A model generated the notes under the pieces. That model saw only the letters and a program-made list of their open reading frames with translations, ran no database searches and had not been told where the DNA came from. Source: Pseudomonas phage TIETA. From it: DNA of 64,000 bases. A program made the position numbers and the translations under genes. Below are positions 33,404 to 43,944 of the stretch, in pieces (positions within the stretch are counted from its first letter, which is position 1; each line of letters begins with the position of its first letter). The stretch lies in sequence record PV800129.1. One strand, given 5' to 3'.

Positions 33404-34690
33404 ATGACTGTTCTTACTGATGTAATTGACATTCAGATCAGCCGTGAGACTGCTGCTGTCGCACAGACAAACTTCAACGTTCCTCTGTTCATCGCTTCTC
33501 ACACAAACTTCTCGGAACGTGCCAGAGTCTACAACAGCCTGAAAGGTGTCGCTGAAGACTTCGGAGAATCCGATCCAACATATCTTGCCGCTGTTCGCTA
33601 CTTCGGTCAAGCTCTCAAGCCTCGCAGTCTAGTTATCGGTCGTAGACAAGTTCCTTCTGCTACCGTATCTGTCAGTGTTGTTCAGGAAGGCCAGAGCTAC
33701 GTTCTGACCGTCAACGGACTACCAGTCAGCTACGTCAGCCAGCAAGACGACACTGCCACTCTGATTGCCACAGGCCTAAAGGCAGCTTATGACGTAACTC
33801 CGGTAGCCGGCGTAACCGTCACAGACAACGAAGACGGAACTCTAACCGTCGCTTCTAACGAAGACTGGAGCCTGAAAGTTTCTTCTAACCTGACAATGGC
33901 CGCTGCTCCTTCTACTGAAGGCTGGCCGGCAACTATCACTGCTGTTCAGGGAGAAAACGACGAATGGTATGCTCTGAGCATTGACAGCCACGCCGATGAT
34001 GATATCATGGCAGTAGCTACTCATATCGAGGGCACCAAGAAAGTGTTTATCGGAGCCACTGCTCAGGCTGACACCAAGACTTCCGCAGAGAATGACATTG
34101 CTTCTCGTCTGGTCGCTGCCGGGTTCCAACGTACGGCTCTAATTTACCATCCAAACGCTGACGCTCAATTCCCTGAGTGTGCTTGGGTAGGGTACCAACT
34201 GCAAGAGCAACCGGGTAGCAACACATGGACCCATAAAGCTCTGGCCGCTGTAGACGCCTACCGTCTGACTCCAACCGAGTCTACCAACCTGAAGAACAAG
34301 AACGTTACCACGTTCGAGCGCGTTGGTGGTGTCAACCGTACATTCGGTGGCGCTATGGCCGGTGGTGAATGGATCGACGTAATGATTTTCGTGGACTGGC
34401 TGGAAGCCCGCATGACCGAGCGTCTGTGGTTCCGTATGGCTAACTCCAAGAAAATCCCTTACGACGCCGTTGGTGCAACAATTCTGGAATCGGAAATCAG
34501 AGCCCAGCTTAACGAAGGAATTCGTGTTGGTGGTCTGGCTGAAGCTCCGGCTCCTAAAGTCTTCGTACCTGATGTTCTATCCATGTCTCCGAACATGAGA
34601 GCACAGCGTATCTTTGAAGGCATTGAATTTGAAGCCCGTCTGGCCGGTGCCATTCACTTCGTTCACATTCGTGGAACTGTGACCGTCTAA
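33404..34690 (+). CDS. tail sheath protein
   Basis: 428 aa, first large gene of tail module followed by tube-like genes, chaperone with frameshift and tape measure (contractile-tail synteny). Confidence 0.6.
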   Translation: MTVLTDVIDIQISRETAAVAQTNFNVPLFIASHTNFSERARVYNSLKGVAEDFGESDPTYLAAVRYFGQALKPRSLVIGRRQVPSATVSVSVVQEGQSYVLTVNGLPVSYVSQQDDTATLIATGLKAAYDVTPVAGVTVTDNEDGTLTVASNEDWSLKVSSNLTMAAAPSTEGWPATITAVQGENDEWYALSIDSHADDDIMAVATHIEGTKKVFIGATAQADTKTSAENDIASRLVAAGFQRTALIYHPNADAQFPECAWVGYQLQEQPGSNTWTHKALAAVDAYRLTPTESTNLKNKNVTTFERVGGVNRTFGGAMAGGEWIDVMIFVDWLEARMTERLWFRMANSKKIPYDAVGATILESEIRAQLNEGIRVGGLAEAPAPKVFVPDVLSMSPNMRAQRIFEGIEFEARLAGAIHFVHIRGTVTV

Positions 34691-34720
34691 GGACGGTCCT
34701 TCCCATAAGGAGATTACTAA

Positions 34721-35245
34721 ATGGCTGTTCAACGTCTAGCGACATTCTCTCCGGCTGATGTTACCATTGTTATTACTCACCCTGCAACTGGTGAGAGCAT
34801 GGTTCTCGGCGGATTCAGCGAAGACAGTATCGTTAACATTGAAAGAAACGCTGACACTTACGTGATGTATACCGGAGCCGACAACACATCGACTCGCGTC
34901 TACAACGCCTCTAAGTCTGCTACCCTCACTGTTAGCCTTCAACAAACTTCGCCTTCGAACGACTTCCTGACTGCTCTTTACAACTACGACGACGCCCGTC
35001 GTTCGTCTGAGGGATTGTTCACAATCCACGTTAAAGACAACTCTGGTCGTTCCGACTACTTCAGTGATGACGCCTATGTCGGTGTTGTTCCGGGTTCTAA
35101 CTTCTCGAACAGCATGCAGACACGCGATTGGGTTATTCATGCACACAACCTGCAAACTCTAATCGGCGGTAACGCCAAGCTGAGCCCGGGTGATGCGGAT
35201 ACTCTTCGTAACCTAGGTGTCACACTAGACCAGCGCTGGCTGTAA
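34721..35245 (+). CDS. tail tube-like protein, paralogue 1
   Basis: shares TFSPADV...VYN...LQQTSPSNDFL...IGGN pattern with the next two genes. Confidence 0.5.
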   Translation: MAVQRLATFSPADVTIVITHPATGESMVLGGFSEDSIVNIERNADTYVMYTGADNTSTRVYNASKSATLTVSLQQTSPSNDFLTALYNYDDARRSSEGLFTIHVKDNSGRSDYFSDDAYVGVVPGSNFSNSMQTRDWVIHAHNLQTLIGGNAKLSPGDADTLRNLGVTLDQRWL

Positions 35246-35261
35246 TATAGCGCTTATGCCA

Positions 35262-35305
35262 CATCGACGGGGAGCTGCCTTAACGGGTGGCTCCCTTTGT
35301 TGTTT
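35262..35305 (+). terminator. hairpin GGGAGC...GCTCCC followed by TTTGTTGTTT
   Basis: read in sequence. Confidence 0.55.
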
Positions 35306-35319
35306 CTGGAGGATAGAAA

Positions 35320-35820
35320 TTGATTACCACCTACTCGCCGCGTGACGTGGTTGTAACTCTCGCTGGTATCCATTCCGTGACAGGGTACGCAGAGGGAGAG
35401 TTTATCAGAATTGTAAAAGATATTAAGCCTTTCATCAAGCACGGTTCGATGGATGGTGAAATCGCAAGGGTCTACAACAAAGACCAAGGCTGGCGAGTAG
35501 AGTTGACAATCATGCAATCCTCGCCGACCAATGATATCCTTTCGATGCTTTACAACGTGGACATTGCAACCCGAATGGGAAAATTCCCACTGATGATTAA
35601 GGACACGAAGGGTTCTACAAGCTTCCTAGCTCTGACAGCATGGGTGGAAGACCTACCTAGGGTATCTTTCTCTGGACAACTGGAGACCCGCACTTGGATT
35701 CTAGGGTGCTCTGAGGTCGCCATGAACATTGGCGGAAACGTCGATCAAAGTTTGGTCGAGCAAGCTATCCTGCTGGGAAGCTCTCTTCTGCCAGCCCTTA
35801 CGCAATTCGGAGGCTTCTAA
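35320..35820 (+). CDS. tail tube-like protein, paralogue 2
   Basis: TYSPRDV...VYN...MQSSPTNDIL...IGGN. Confidence 0.5.
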   Translation: MITTYSPRDVVVTLAGIHSVTGYAEGEFIRIVKDIKPFIKHGSMDGEIARVYNKDQGWRVELTIMQSSPTNDILSMLYNVDIATRMGKFPLMIKDTKGSTSFLALTAWVEDLPRVSFSGQLETRTWILGCSEVAMNIGGNVDQSLVEQAILLGSSLLPALTQFGGF

Positions 35821-36299
35821 TGGCTAACACGGTATTGACATATAGCCCATCTGATGTTAAAATTGTCCTTTGTGGGTATGCTCTCACTGGTGTAGTTTCT
35901 TTCGAAATGTCTTGGCTTTCGAGACCCTACACAATGGTTCGAGGAATCAGAGGGCACCACACCCGGGTCTTCAATAGAGACCTTTCTGCGCAGATTAGAA
36001 TCGAGGTTCTTCAGACTTCGGTGTCTAATGATGCATTCTTCTCGCTAGTAGAGCAAGACCGAAGAACACAATCCGCCCGAATCACCTTGTCTGTCAAGGA
36101 TACCCACGGTAGCACCATGATGAGCACAGACAACGCTTATGTCAATGGCTACCCTAGCATAACATTCACCGATGGAATCGAGAACAGGGTCTGGACTATT
36201 GATGTTCTGGACTGGACCGATGGCACGGTAGGCGGAAACCAGCAAGTCGGCTTCGACGTGTTTGGAACTGTTCAAGGCGCTCTTAGCTACCTCAGATAA
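35820..36299 (+). CDS. tail tube-like protein, paralogue 3
   Basis: TYSPSDV...VFN...LQTSVSNDAF...VGGN. Confidence 0.5.
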   Translation: MANTVLTYSPSDVKIVLCGYALTGVVSFEMSWLSRPYTMVRGIRGHHTRVFNRDLSAQIRIEVLQTSVSNDAFFSLVEQDRRTQSARITLSVKDTHGSTMMSTDNAYVNGYPSITFTDGIENRVWTIDVLDWTDGTVGGNQQVGFDVFGTVQGALSYLR

Positions 36300-36312
36300 A
36301 TAAGGAGTATTT

Positions 36313-36684
36313 ATGTTCGGAAACCAACGTACTATCATCCACAATGGGACAGAATACACTATCAACCTTCTGCCAGCAACTCGCGGTATCAGCGTACTGA
36401 AGCAGCTAACCAGCTTGCTGGGTCCATCCCTTGCCAAGTATCAAGCTGACCACGACTTCTCTGGAGCCATGAAAGAACTGTTCGATAACATCGACAAGGT
36501 TCCTGTTGAGAATTTGATCCAGAATCTGATGCTGACAGTTTTCAAAGGTTCGATGGCAATCAATTTCGACACCGAATTCGCTGGCAAGTATGACCTGCTG
36601 TACGCACTCACAAAAGACGTGATCGAGTTCAACTTCGGCTCGGTTTTTTCTCTAATCGGTTTCGCAGAGGCACCGACGGTATAA
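36313..36684 (+). CDS. tail assembly chaperone (gpG-like)
   Basis: 123 aa acidic protein immediately upstream of tape measure gene. Confidence 0.65.
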   Translation: MFGNQRTIIHNGTEYTINLLPATRGISVLKQLTSLLGPSLAKYQADHDFSGAMKELFDNIDKVPVENLIQNLMLTVFKGSMAINFDTEFAGKYDLLYALTKDVIEFNFGSVFSLIGFAEAPTV

Positions 36685-36943
36685 AGACCGGGGATGGGCA
36701 GTCCGAGACTTCAGTCACTACTGATCGAGTTCAGAGTGATCGGAGGGTTAGGGAGGCCCACCAGAAGTTCTCGCAGCATTGGGAGATTTATGTGGCTATC
36801 ACTCACCCTCTCAAGCTAACGACGTATGGGGAACTGAGTACAGTCCTCACTACAGAAGATTTGTACAACATCCTTGAGGTTATAGACGTTCACGATACTA
36901 TCACTCAAGTGGCAAAAGAACACGCAGAGGCTGATAAGAAATG
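36645..36943 (+). other. -1 frame extension of chaperone (gpGT-like programmed frameshift product)
   Basis: -1 frame is open from the T-run GGTTTTTTC (36642-36650) near the end of the chaperone ORF to TGA overlapping the tape-measure ATG. Confidence 0.55.
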
Positions 36944-39307
36944 ATTACAGAAAGGATTGCCCAGCTAACTGGGGAACTTAAATTTACAGTCGATTCCCGG
37001 CCTCTCACTGCTTTTGACAAGAAGCTCGCTGGGGTCGAAGCCCGGCTAAGAGAATTCTCCAAGCTGACGAACAAGCGGTTTGGAGTTAAGCTAACTCTAG
37101 ATACAAAAACTCTGAGAGAGGAGCTTGCCAAGGCAGCCACTCAAAGGGTAGTCTTGAAGAACATCGCGGTAGATGCTGCCGCTGTTCGTCTTATCTCTGA
37201 GAAGCTTCAAGAAAGACTGAATGCAACGCCGATCAGGTTGAAGTCTGTTAGGCTAGACCTTAGCGGTATCCGAGATCAGAAAAACTTCGTAAAGACGGCT
37301 CTCGGCCAGACCAAGGTCGATCTACCGGTTGAACTGGGCTTGGCTCAGGCTAGCCGTACGCTGTATGAATGGAAGAAGCGCACAGAGAGTCGTTTTAAAA
37401 TTCATCTGAATGCAGACATTAGCCGCTCTAAATTGCTCCAGAATGCACGAAACACACTAAGGGATGTGCAGGGTAGGCTAAACGGTCTTGCTGTCGCTAC
37501 GCCTCAAATTAGGCTGTCTGTAGACCGTGCCCATCTTCGTAGAGAGATTCAAGATGTTCTTGAGCAAATCAGACGCGAAGTGAGAATCCGCATTGACCTA
37601 GAGTCTTCCATCCGAGGACGTGGTGCAGGTGGATCGAGAGGTACTGCCGGCCATATCCGTCAAGGTATGGGAATGGGGATTGGTAGCGAGCTAGCCGGGT
37701 GGGGACGCGGGTTTATTCCCGGCCTTGGTGGTGCGTTCGCTATTATGCAGCTTAACCGTGCTAACCAAGAACTGCAAGGTCAACGTCTGGCCATGCAAGC
37801 TGTCGGTGGTGGAGTACAGGGTGGTCAAGAGCTACAAGCCACCCTCCGCGATATCTCTCAGCGTCTCGGTCTTGACGATAGAGCAATAGGTAGCTCCTAT
37901 GTTAAGATGATGGCTGCCGGACAAGCATCCAACTTCGACAAAACACAGGTTGATGGTATCTTCCAATCCATGGCTGAATATGGACGAGTGATGGGTCTGG
38001 ACGGGGAGGCTATGAAAGGCTCCTTCCGTGCCGTAGAGCAGATGATGGGTAAAGGACAGATCATGTCCGAAGAATTGAAAGGTCAGTTGGCCGAAAGATT
38101 CCCCGCTGCTGTAGCTCTGATGGCTAAGTCTCAAGACATGACTATCGCAGAGCTAATGAAAACCATGGAGAAAGGGGAGCTTAAGAGTGATGCTCTGATC
38201 CCATTCGCCAGAACTCTAGCGGAAGAAGCTCGTAAAGGTGGCGCTCTGGACGCGGCTATGCAAGGTACAGCCGCTCAGCAGGGCCGATTCCAGTTCGGAT
38301 GGAACCGCACTATCGAGGCCTTCGCGGCTGGAGGATTCGACCGAGGAATGAGCGACTTCTTCAAGATTGCTGCCCAAGGCATGAAAGAAGCGCTTCCTCT
38401 GGTAACTGCACTTGGTGGCGGGTTCGAAGCTCTTATGAGGCCTGTCAACGCTCTGGTCGGTATTGGAGGGGAGCTTGGTTCCCAGTGGGAGAACATTGCC
38501 AAGCAGTTCAACATGACCGGCACAGGGCTGACTCTTACCACGGCTCAAACCCTAGCCTTGCTGACCCCTATGGGCAGGTTGATCTCTGCTATTAGCTGGG
38601 GTGCGTTGGCACTGGAAGACTTCATTGTCTTCTTGGAAGGCGGTGATTCGGTGTTCGGGGACTTCTTGAACAACAACGTACAAGCTGCCGAGACATTCGA
38701 AAAGCTAGCCAGTGAATCCAGTGAACTGAAGAACAATCTCGACGGTATCTTCTCTGTTGTCCCGGGGCTAGCTGAAGCGCTCAAAGGTCTAGAGTTCAAT
38801 GAAATGCTGGTCAGCACGATGAGAGAACTTGCTGCCATCATGGAGTTCTTCAACAGTGTTGTAGAGAGATTCGCAATAGCCGGCAAGTACAGGGACGCTA
38901 AGATTGCTGAAGCCGGAGGAGACAGAAGTACTATAATGTCGAACATCGACACGATGTACGCTATGTTCAATCCGGAAGATGCAAAAGACAAGGCCACCTT
39001 CATCGGTGACAGGCTAGTAGCTCAGAACATTGACGCGATCCAGACAGAGACTCATACCCGTGCAACCCAGTCCTTGACTCCAGACCAGTTTGGGTATATG
39101 ATGCAACGTGGTCAAGTTAGAAACGAAATGGAGGGTGCCCTCAAGAAGAGTGCCATTGACATTAGTTTCAACCTCAATGTTTCTGGTATCGATGCTCAGG
39201 GTAACGTCATGACAACTGAAGCGCAAGAGCGAGTACGAGAGATCGTTAGTAACGTTCTTGAGGAAGAAATCTCCAGAGCTTCGGCAAGTTATAAGGAATC
39301 CCAATGA
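36941..39307 (+). CDS. tail tape measure protein
   Basis: 788 aa, coiled-coil N-terminus, Gly-rich stretches, downstream of chaperone. Confidence 0.8.
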   Translation: MITERIAQLTGELKFTVDSRPLTAFDKKLAGVEARLREFSKLTNKRFGVKLTLDTKTLREELAKAATQRVVLKNIAVDAAAVRLISEKLQERLNATPIRLKSVRLDLSGIRDQKNFVKTALGQTKVDLPVELGLAQASRTLYEWKKRTESRFKIHLNADISRSKLLQNARNTLRDVQGRLNGLAVATPQIRLSVDRAHLRREIQDVLEQIRREVRIRIDLESSIRGRGAGGSRGTAGHIRQGMGMGIGSELAGWGRGFIPGLGGAFAIMQLNRANQELQGQRLAMQAVGGGVQGGQELQATLRDISQRLGLDDRAIGSSYVKMMAAGQASNFDKTQVDGIFQSMAEYGRVMGLDGEAMKGSFRAVEQMMGKGQIMSEELKGQLAERFPAAVALMAKSQDMTIAELMKTMEKGELKSDALIPFARTLAEEARKGGALDAAMQGTAAQQGRFQFGWNRTIEAFAAGGFDRGMSDFFKIAAQGMKEALPLVTALGGGFEALMRPVNALVGIGGELGSQWENIAKQFNMTGTGLTLTTAQTLALLTPMGRLISAISWGALALEDFIVFLEGGDSVFGDFLNNNVQAAETFEKLASESSELKNNLDGIFSVVPGLAEALKGLEFNEMLVSTMRELAAIMEFFNSVVERFAIAGKYRDAKIAEAGGDRSTIMSNIDTMYAMFNPEDAKDKATFIGDRLVAQNIDAIQTETHTRATQSLTPDQFGYMMQRGQVRNEMEGALKKSAIDISFNLNVSGIDAQGNVMTTEAQERVREIVSNVLEEEISRASASYKESQ

Positions 39308-40065
39308 CAATTGCTATCAAAAGAGAGAACGGAGACCTAATCTGGTTCGACGCTGTTACAGAGTTCGGAAGACAGTACCGTGGCTCTGTGAGTTCCAACC
39401 CAATCGAAACGGGAGGAAAAATCACAGACCACATTACCACAGAAAACCCAGTCTTCACTCTTACAGCCGTCGTATCAGACGCAGACTTCAACTTGAACAG
39501 GCCCGTTATCAACGACAACGAGGCCCAGACATACAAGATCAACAACAAAGAGTTCGTGAATACGCAGCCGGTAACCATCCCGGCTGTTATCTCAACCTCT
39601 AGACTAGACCCTAGCAGAATCTTTCCAGAAGTTATCACTCAGTTTATTCCTCCTGAGATTCCTTCTGCAACTGTCCTCCCTCAAAAGGGTGATAAAGTCG
39701 CTTATGATATTGAGCGCCAACTGATCGACATGCAGCGTAATGCTGAGGTCTTCAGTTTGCTGGACTTCCGAGACGGTATCATCTGGGATCAAATCGAAAG
39801 ATGCATCTTCACCGACTTGTCTTTCACTGAAAACGCCGAGACAGGTAGCAGCCTTCAACCTCGTATGACAATCGAGGCTGTGACATTCACAGATACTCGT
39901 TATGTCGAGGTGAGGGTTAACAAGGGTAGAAAGACCGCTAAGAAAGAAAAGAGAGACACCAAAGAAGGTGATACCGGGGCTAGCAATGCTACCAGCCAAG
40001 ACTCTCCTACATTCAAGCGTAGTCAAATGAAAGAGGCTCAGATTAGAACTCAGGTTGCGAGGTAA
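39304..40065 (+). CDS. tail/baseplate protein (253 aa)
   Basis: ATGA overlap with tape measure; basic Ser/Thr-rich C-terminus. Confidence 0.4.
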   Translation: MTIAIKRENGDLIWFDAVTEFGRQYRGSVSSNPIETGGKITDHITTENPVFTLTAVVSDADFNLNRPVINDNEAQTYKINNKEFVNTQPVTIPAVISTSRLDPSRIFPEVITQFIPPEIPSATVLPQKGDKVAYDIERQLIDMQRNAEVFSLLDFRDGIIWDQIERCIFTDLSFTENAETGSSLQPRMTIEAVTFTDTRYVEVRVNKGRKTAKKEKRDTKEGDTGASNATSQDSPTFKRSQMKEAQIRTQVAR

Positions 40066-40070
40066 ACTAA

Positions 40071-40427
40071 ATGAGCACGACTTATATCGACACACTTCCT
40101 CTTTACCAAGATCGGAAGTACAGGTACGCAGTAGCTATCGAGGGAATCTCAAGAGTCCTTCAATTTTACTGGAATAGCCGCTCTAGGCAGTGGCACATGG
40201 ATATATTCGACGAGGAGCTTACTCCGATCCTGACAGGACTGGCGGTTGTTCCTCAGTACCCGATCATGGCAGATTACGCCATGCAACATATAGGTTTCAA
40301 TGGCTACTTCCTGCTGATGCCTGTCAACCTAGAACAGGTGCAGTATAAGCACGATGCGAGTGACATTGTACCACAGTTTTTCGAACTGCTATACGTGAAC
40401 GTTGACTTGGAGGATGACGTAGAGTGA
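40071..40427 (+). CDS. tail/baseplate protein (118 aa)
   Basis: ORF in baseplate block. Confidence 0.4.
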   Translation: MSTTYIDTLPLYQDRKYRYAVAIEGISRVLQFYWNSRSRQWHMDIFDEELTPILTGLAVVPQYPIMADYAMQHIGFNGYFLLMPVNLEQVQYKHDASDIVPQFFELLYVNVDLEDDVE

Positions 40428-41341
40428 AACAATATGACAGAGTGTATAAACTAACGCTCGGTAACACTGAATCCGGGCAAGGTGTAGAGATTACAAACCT
40501 CCACCCTGACGGAAGTTTGAACAGAGAGGGACTTCAGTTCCGGTTCGATATCTCTAAAAGTTCAGATAACAAGAAGAGCGGAAACTCGGCGACTGTTGAG
40601 ATATACAATCTGTCTATTGCCACTCTGAACATCCTTGAAACTGAATATTTGACGTGCCGACTAGAGGTTGGTTATAAGGAGATGGGAACTTCTGTTGTGC
40701 TAGATGGCAACGTTGTTGAAACTTCGACTAGAAAGAGTGGCAATGATTACGTCACTCAGCTTATTCTAGGCGAAGGGTACACAGCACTAACAGAGACCAA
40801 GCTGAAGGGCACAGTATCTCCGGGCAAAACTGTAAAGGATGTTATCGAAGAGATTCGTCTTCAAATGCCGGGAGTGGACAGAGGAGCTTATACAGGCCTC
40901 AATTGCAATAACCCGATCATGTACGGCTATCAACTCCGTGGTCTAGCCAAAGACGCTCTAAACAGCGTGTGTGAAGCCAACAATATTGAATGGAACATCA
41001 GTGGAAACGTTCTAAACGTCACAGACGTTAACGGACCAACAACGAAGAGTGTTCAAATGGCTCCTCTCGTAAACAGAGAGACCGGTCTGATCGATATCCC
41101 ATTCTACGCCAGTGCCAGCGGAACGGCACAGAAGAAAGATAAGCGGAGACGGAGAGGCGTTCAATTCAAATGCCTTCTCAATCCTGAGCTAACTCCCGGG
41201 GTTCTTGTCCGGGTAGAGTCGGATAGATTGTCAGGAACTTTCAGAATCAACAACGTCCGAATCTCGGGCGGATACAGAGACAACGAATGGTACACTGAAT
41301 GTTGGTGTTCCGATCTTAACCAAGAGGATATTGACCAATGA
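40424..41341 (+). CDS. baseplate hub-like protein
   Basis: 305 aa directly upstream of spike gene. Confidence 0.4.
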   Translation: MKQYDRVYKLTLGNTESGQGVEITNLHPDGSLNREGLQFRFDISKSSDNKKSGNSATVEIYNLSIATLNILETEYLTCRLEVGYKEMGTSVVLDGNVVETSTRKSGNDYVTQLILGEGYTALTETKLKGTVSPGKTVKDVIEEIRLQMPGVDRGAYTGLNCNNPIMYGYQLRGLAKDALNSVCEANNIEWNISGNVLNVTDVNGPTTKSVQMAPLVNRETGLIDIPFYASASGTAQKKDKRRRRGVQFKCLLNPELTPGVLVRVESDRLSGTFRINNVRISGGYRDNEWYTECWCSDLNQEDIDQ

Positions 41342-42078
41342 GGAGAACAGGCCTACAAGAGCTTCTGAACCTGCACTCGTCCACGGAAGGCTCGAAACAG
41401 TATACTGCCATACCTTGTGTGGTATTGCGCGTTCTGGACGATTTTAGACGCCTTTCTGTCGATGTTAGACCAGTGGTCAATGACCTGTACAAAGACGGCA
41501 CATCAGAAGAGCAACCAGAGATTCTATCTGTCCCTGTCATTATGCCGGGAACAGCTAACACCCTTATCAGCTTCCCATTGAATGTCGGGGATACGGTGTT
41601 GTGTGTATTCTCTCAAAGAACTATGGACGTGTTTAAAGGCTCTGCCACTGGACAGCCTCACACTCCAAACGATCTTCGTAAGTTCAACATGGCGGATGCC
41701 ATTGCCATTCCCGGGCTGTTCACCTTCCCTAGGTCGATGAACGACCCTGCAAGACATAGTTGGCCACATGATACCAAAGACCTTACTATTGCCCACAACC
41801 TGATGACGGGACAAGAGGCGGAAGTTAGGATCAAAGCCAATGGAGATATTCTAATCAACAGCCGCAAGACTATAAGCATTAATGCTCAAAATGTCAACGT
41901 CAAGTGTGCTTCACTCACTGTCGATGCAGCCCATACAACATGGAACGGGAACATTGCACATACAGGTAACTACGTGCAGACTGGTGGAACTTCTACATTC
42001 AACGGTATTCCATTCCATACCCACAAACACGGTGGTGTTATGCCGGGCGGTGGTGTTACTGCTGTCCCACAAGCTTAA
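41338..42078 (+). CDS. baseplate spike protein (gpV-like)
   Basis: C-terminus GIPFHTHKHGGVMPGGGVTAVP resembles the H-x-H-G...P tip of P2 V / Mu gp45-type spikes. Confidence 0.55.
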   Translation: MRRTGLQELLNLHSSTEGSKQYTAIPCVVLRVLDDFRRLSVDVRPVVNDLYKDGTSEEQPEILSVPVIMPGTANTLISFPLNVGDTVLCVFSQRTMDVFKGSATGQPHTPNDLRKFNMADAIAIPGLFTFPRSMNDPARHSWPHDTKDLTIAHNLMTGQEAEVRIKANGDILINSRKTISINAQNVNVKCASLTVDAAHTTWNGNIAHTGNYVQTGGTSTFNGIPFHTHKHGGVMPGGGVTAVPQA

Positions 42079-42089
42079 AAGGAGATCAT

Positions 42090-42461
42090 ATGGACTTGTT
42101 TGTCAACCCCGACACACATGACTTGGTTTTTATAAATGGTGAAGCTCCAGTCACTCAACGAATGGTTGATATTGTTGCTCAGCGACTAAAGATCAAACTG
42201 TACACATTCCTAGGTGAGTGGTTCTTGGATGATAGGATCGGCATCCCCTACTTCGAGAGGATTCTTGGTAAGTCTAGGAGCCTTCCCGCTGTTGACGCGA
42301 TATTCCAATCTGAGATTATGAGAGACCCCGGCGTCCTTGAGATTACATCTTGGCAGTCGGGGATCGACCCTCACACACGTGAATACTCCATGGAGTTCAC
42401 AGTCAGAACCACAGACAATACAGAATCCCTTCCCATCACTTTCAGAATGATAGGAGTTTAA
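42090..42461 (+). CDS. baseplate protein (gpW/gp25-like)
   Basis: 123 aa between spike and J-like genes. Confidence 0.45.
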   Translation: MDLFVNPDTHDLVFINGEAPVTQRMVDIVAQRLKIKLYTFLGEWFLDDRIGIPYFERILGKSRSLPAVDAIFQSEIMRDPGVLEITSWQSGIDPHTREYSMEFTVRTTDNTESLPITFRMIGV

Positions 42462-42462
42462 T

Positions 42463-43926
42463 ATGGCTGGAATTACAGCAGAAGGTCTAACGATTAAAGA
42501 CTTGGACCAAATCCTGACAGACTACAGAAACGTAGCCTCTCAGGTCTTCGCCGACCTAGTTTCAACTGGAGACGAAGTTGACACGTCTGGTAACTCTGCT
42601 CTAGGCCGTCTGATCGGCGTAGTTGCTCCATCGGACGAAGCTATCTGGGAAGTTATCCAGATGGTGTATAACTCCTTCAACCCGGCAGCCGCAACTGGCG
42701 TGGCTCTGGACAACCTAGTGTCCTTCTCGGCAATTAGCCGGCATGCTGCCCGTCCGACCCGGGCTCAGGTTGTTCTAGAGGGCAACATCGACACCGTTAT
42801 TAACTCGCCTCCCGCTAAGATGATTTCCAGCAGTACAGGCCGAGTGTTCCACCTGCTACAAGGCGTGATCCTCACTCCTAAAGCTTGCTCTGGTGTTGGA
42901 ATCTTCCCTCAGACAGTAGGCAACGACCTGACATACGAGCTTAAGATGTACGTTGATGACATTAACACAACGTCTATCAAGTACACAAGCCCTACCACTG
43001 GTACAGTAACATCCGAGTCCATCCTAGCAGGACTGGCCGCAGACGTAGCTACAAATCACGGAAATACCTTGACAAGCTACGAACAGAATGGTATACTTTT
43101 CATAGTACCTATTGACCCATTCAACACCAAGACTTTCGAAGAAGCCTCCAACCTGAGTATTCAGAAGGTTAGAAAGCTTGGTATCGCTGTTGACGACGTT
43201 ATTGGTCCTGTGCCTCAGCAAGCTCTAGCTATCGATACGATCTCCATTCCTATTGCCGGATGGGACAGCGTTATCAACCCTGTTCCAGCTATCACTGGCC
43301 GTCTGCGTGAGACCGACGATGAGCTTCGCGAGAGATTTCGAAACTCTAAATTCGTACAAGCCACCAACATTCTGGAGTCCCTGATCGACGGTCTGATGAA
43401 CGTAGAAGGAGTCGAGGATGTTAGGATTATCGAAAACGATACCGACAACCTAGACCCCGTTCACGGAGTCCCGGGTCACTCGTTCCTTCCAATCGTTCTT
43501 GGTGGTATTCCTACAGAGGTTGCACAGTCTATCTGGCTGAACAAGCCATTCGGGATTGGCTCTGTTGGAGATACAGAGGTTCAGGTGGTAGACAGTCTGG
43601 GCTATACACATAGAGTCAACTACCAACGCCCTGTTGAGGTTCCAATCGAGATCAAGATCAGTGTAACAAACACAGGATCGATGCCAGAGAACATTGAAGA
43701 TATCCTACGGCCAAGGATTGTAGCGTACGGAACTGAGAATTACAAGATCGGAGACGACGTAATTTATTCTCGATTCTATGCCCCAATCATGGAAATCCCG
43801 GGCTTCCAAGTGAACAGCCTGACGATTGCTAAGAAAGGACAAACTCAAGGTATGGCGAACATCGAAATCGGGTTCAAAGAAGTGGCTACATTCGCCGCAG
43901 CAGATATCACCGTAACTACGGTGTAA
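42463..43926 (+). CDS. baseplate J-like wedge protein
   Basis: 487 aa following W-like gene; N-terminal 36 aa duplicated in early gene 4039..4455. Confidence 0.5.
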   Translation: MAGITAEGLTIKDLDQILTDYRNVASQVFADLVSTGDEVDTSGNSALGRLIGVVAPSDEAIWEVIQMVYNSFNPAAATGVALDNLVSFSAISRHAARPTRAQVVLEGNIDTVINSPPAKMISSSTGRVFHLLQGVILTPKACSGVGIFPQTVGNDLTYELKMYVDDINTTSIKYTSPTTGTVTSESILAGLAADVATNHGNTLTSYEQNGILFIVPIDPFNTKTFEEASNLSIQKVRKLGIAVDDVIGPVPQQALAIDTISIPIAGWDSVINPVPAITGRLRETDDELRERFRNSKFVQATNILESLIDGLMNVEGVEDVRIIENDTDNLDPVHGVPGHSFLPIVLGGIPTEVAQSIWLNKPFGIGSVGDTEVQVVDSLGYTHRVNYQRPVEVPIEIKISVTNTGSMPENIEDILRPRIVAYGTENYKIGDDVIYSRFYAPIMEIPGFQVNSLTIAKKGQTQGMANIEIGFKEVATFAAADITVTTV

Positions 43927-43944
43927 TGATAGAAGGAGAATTCC

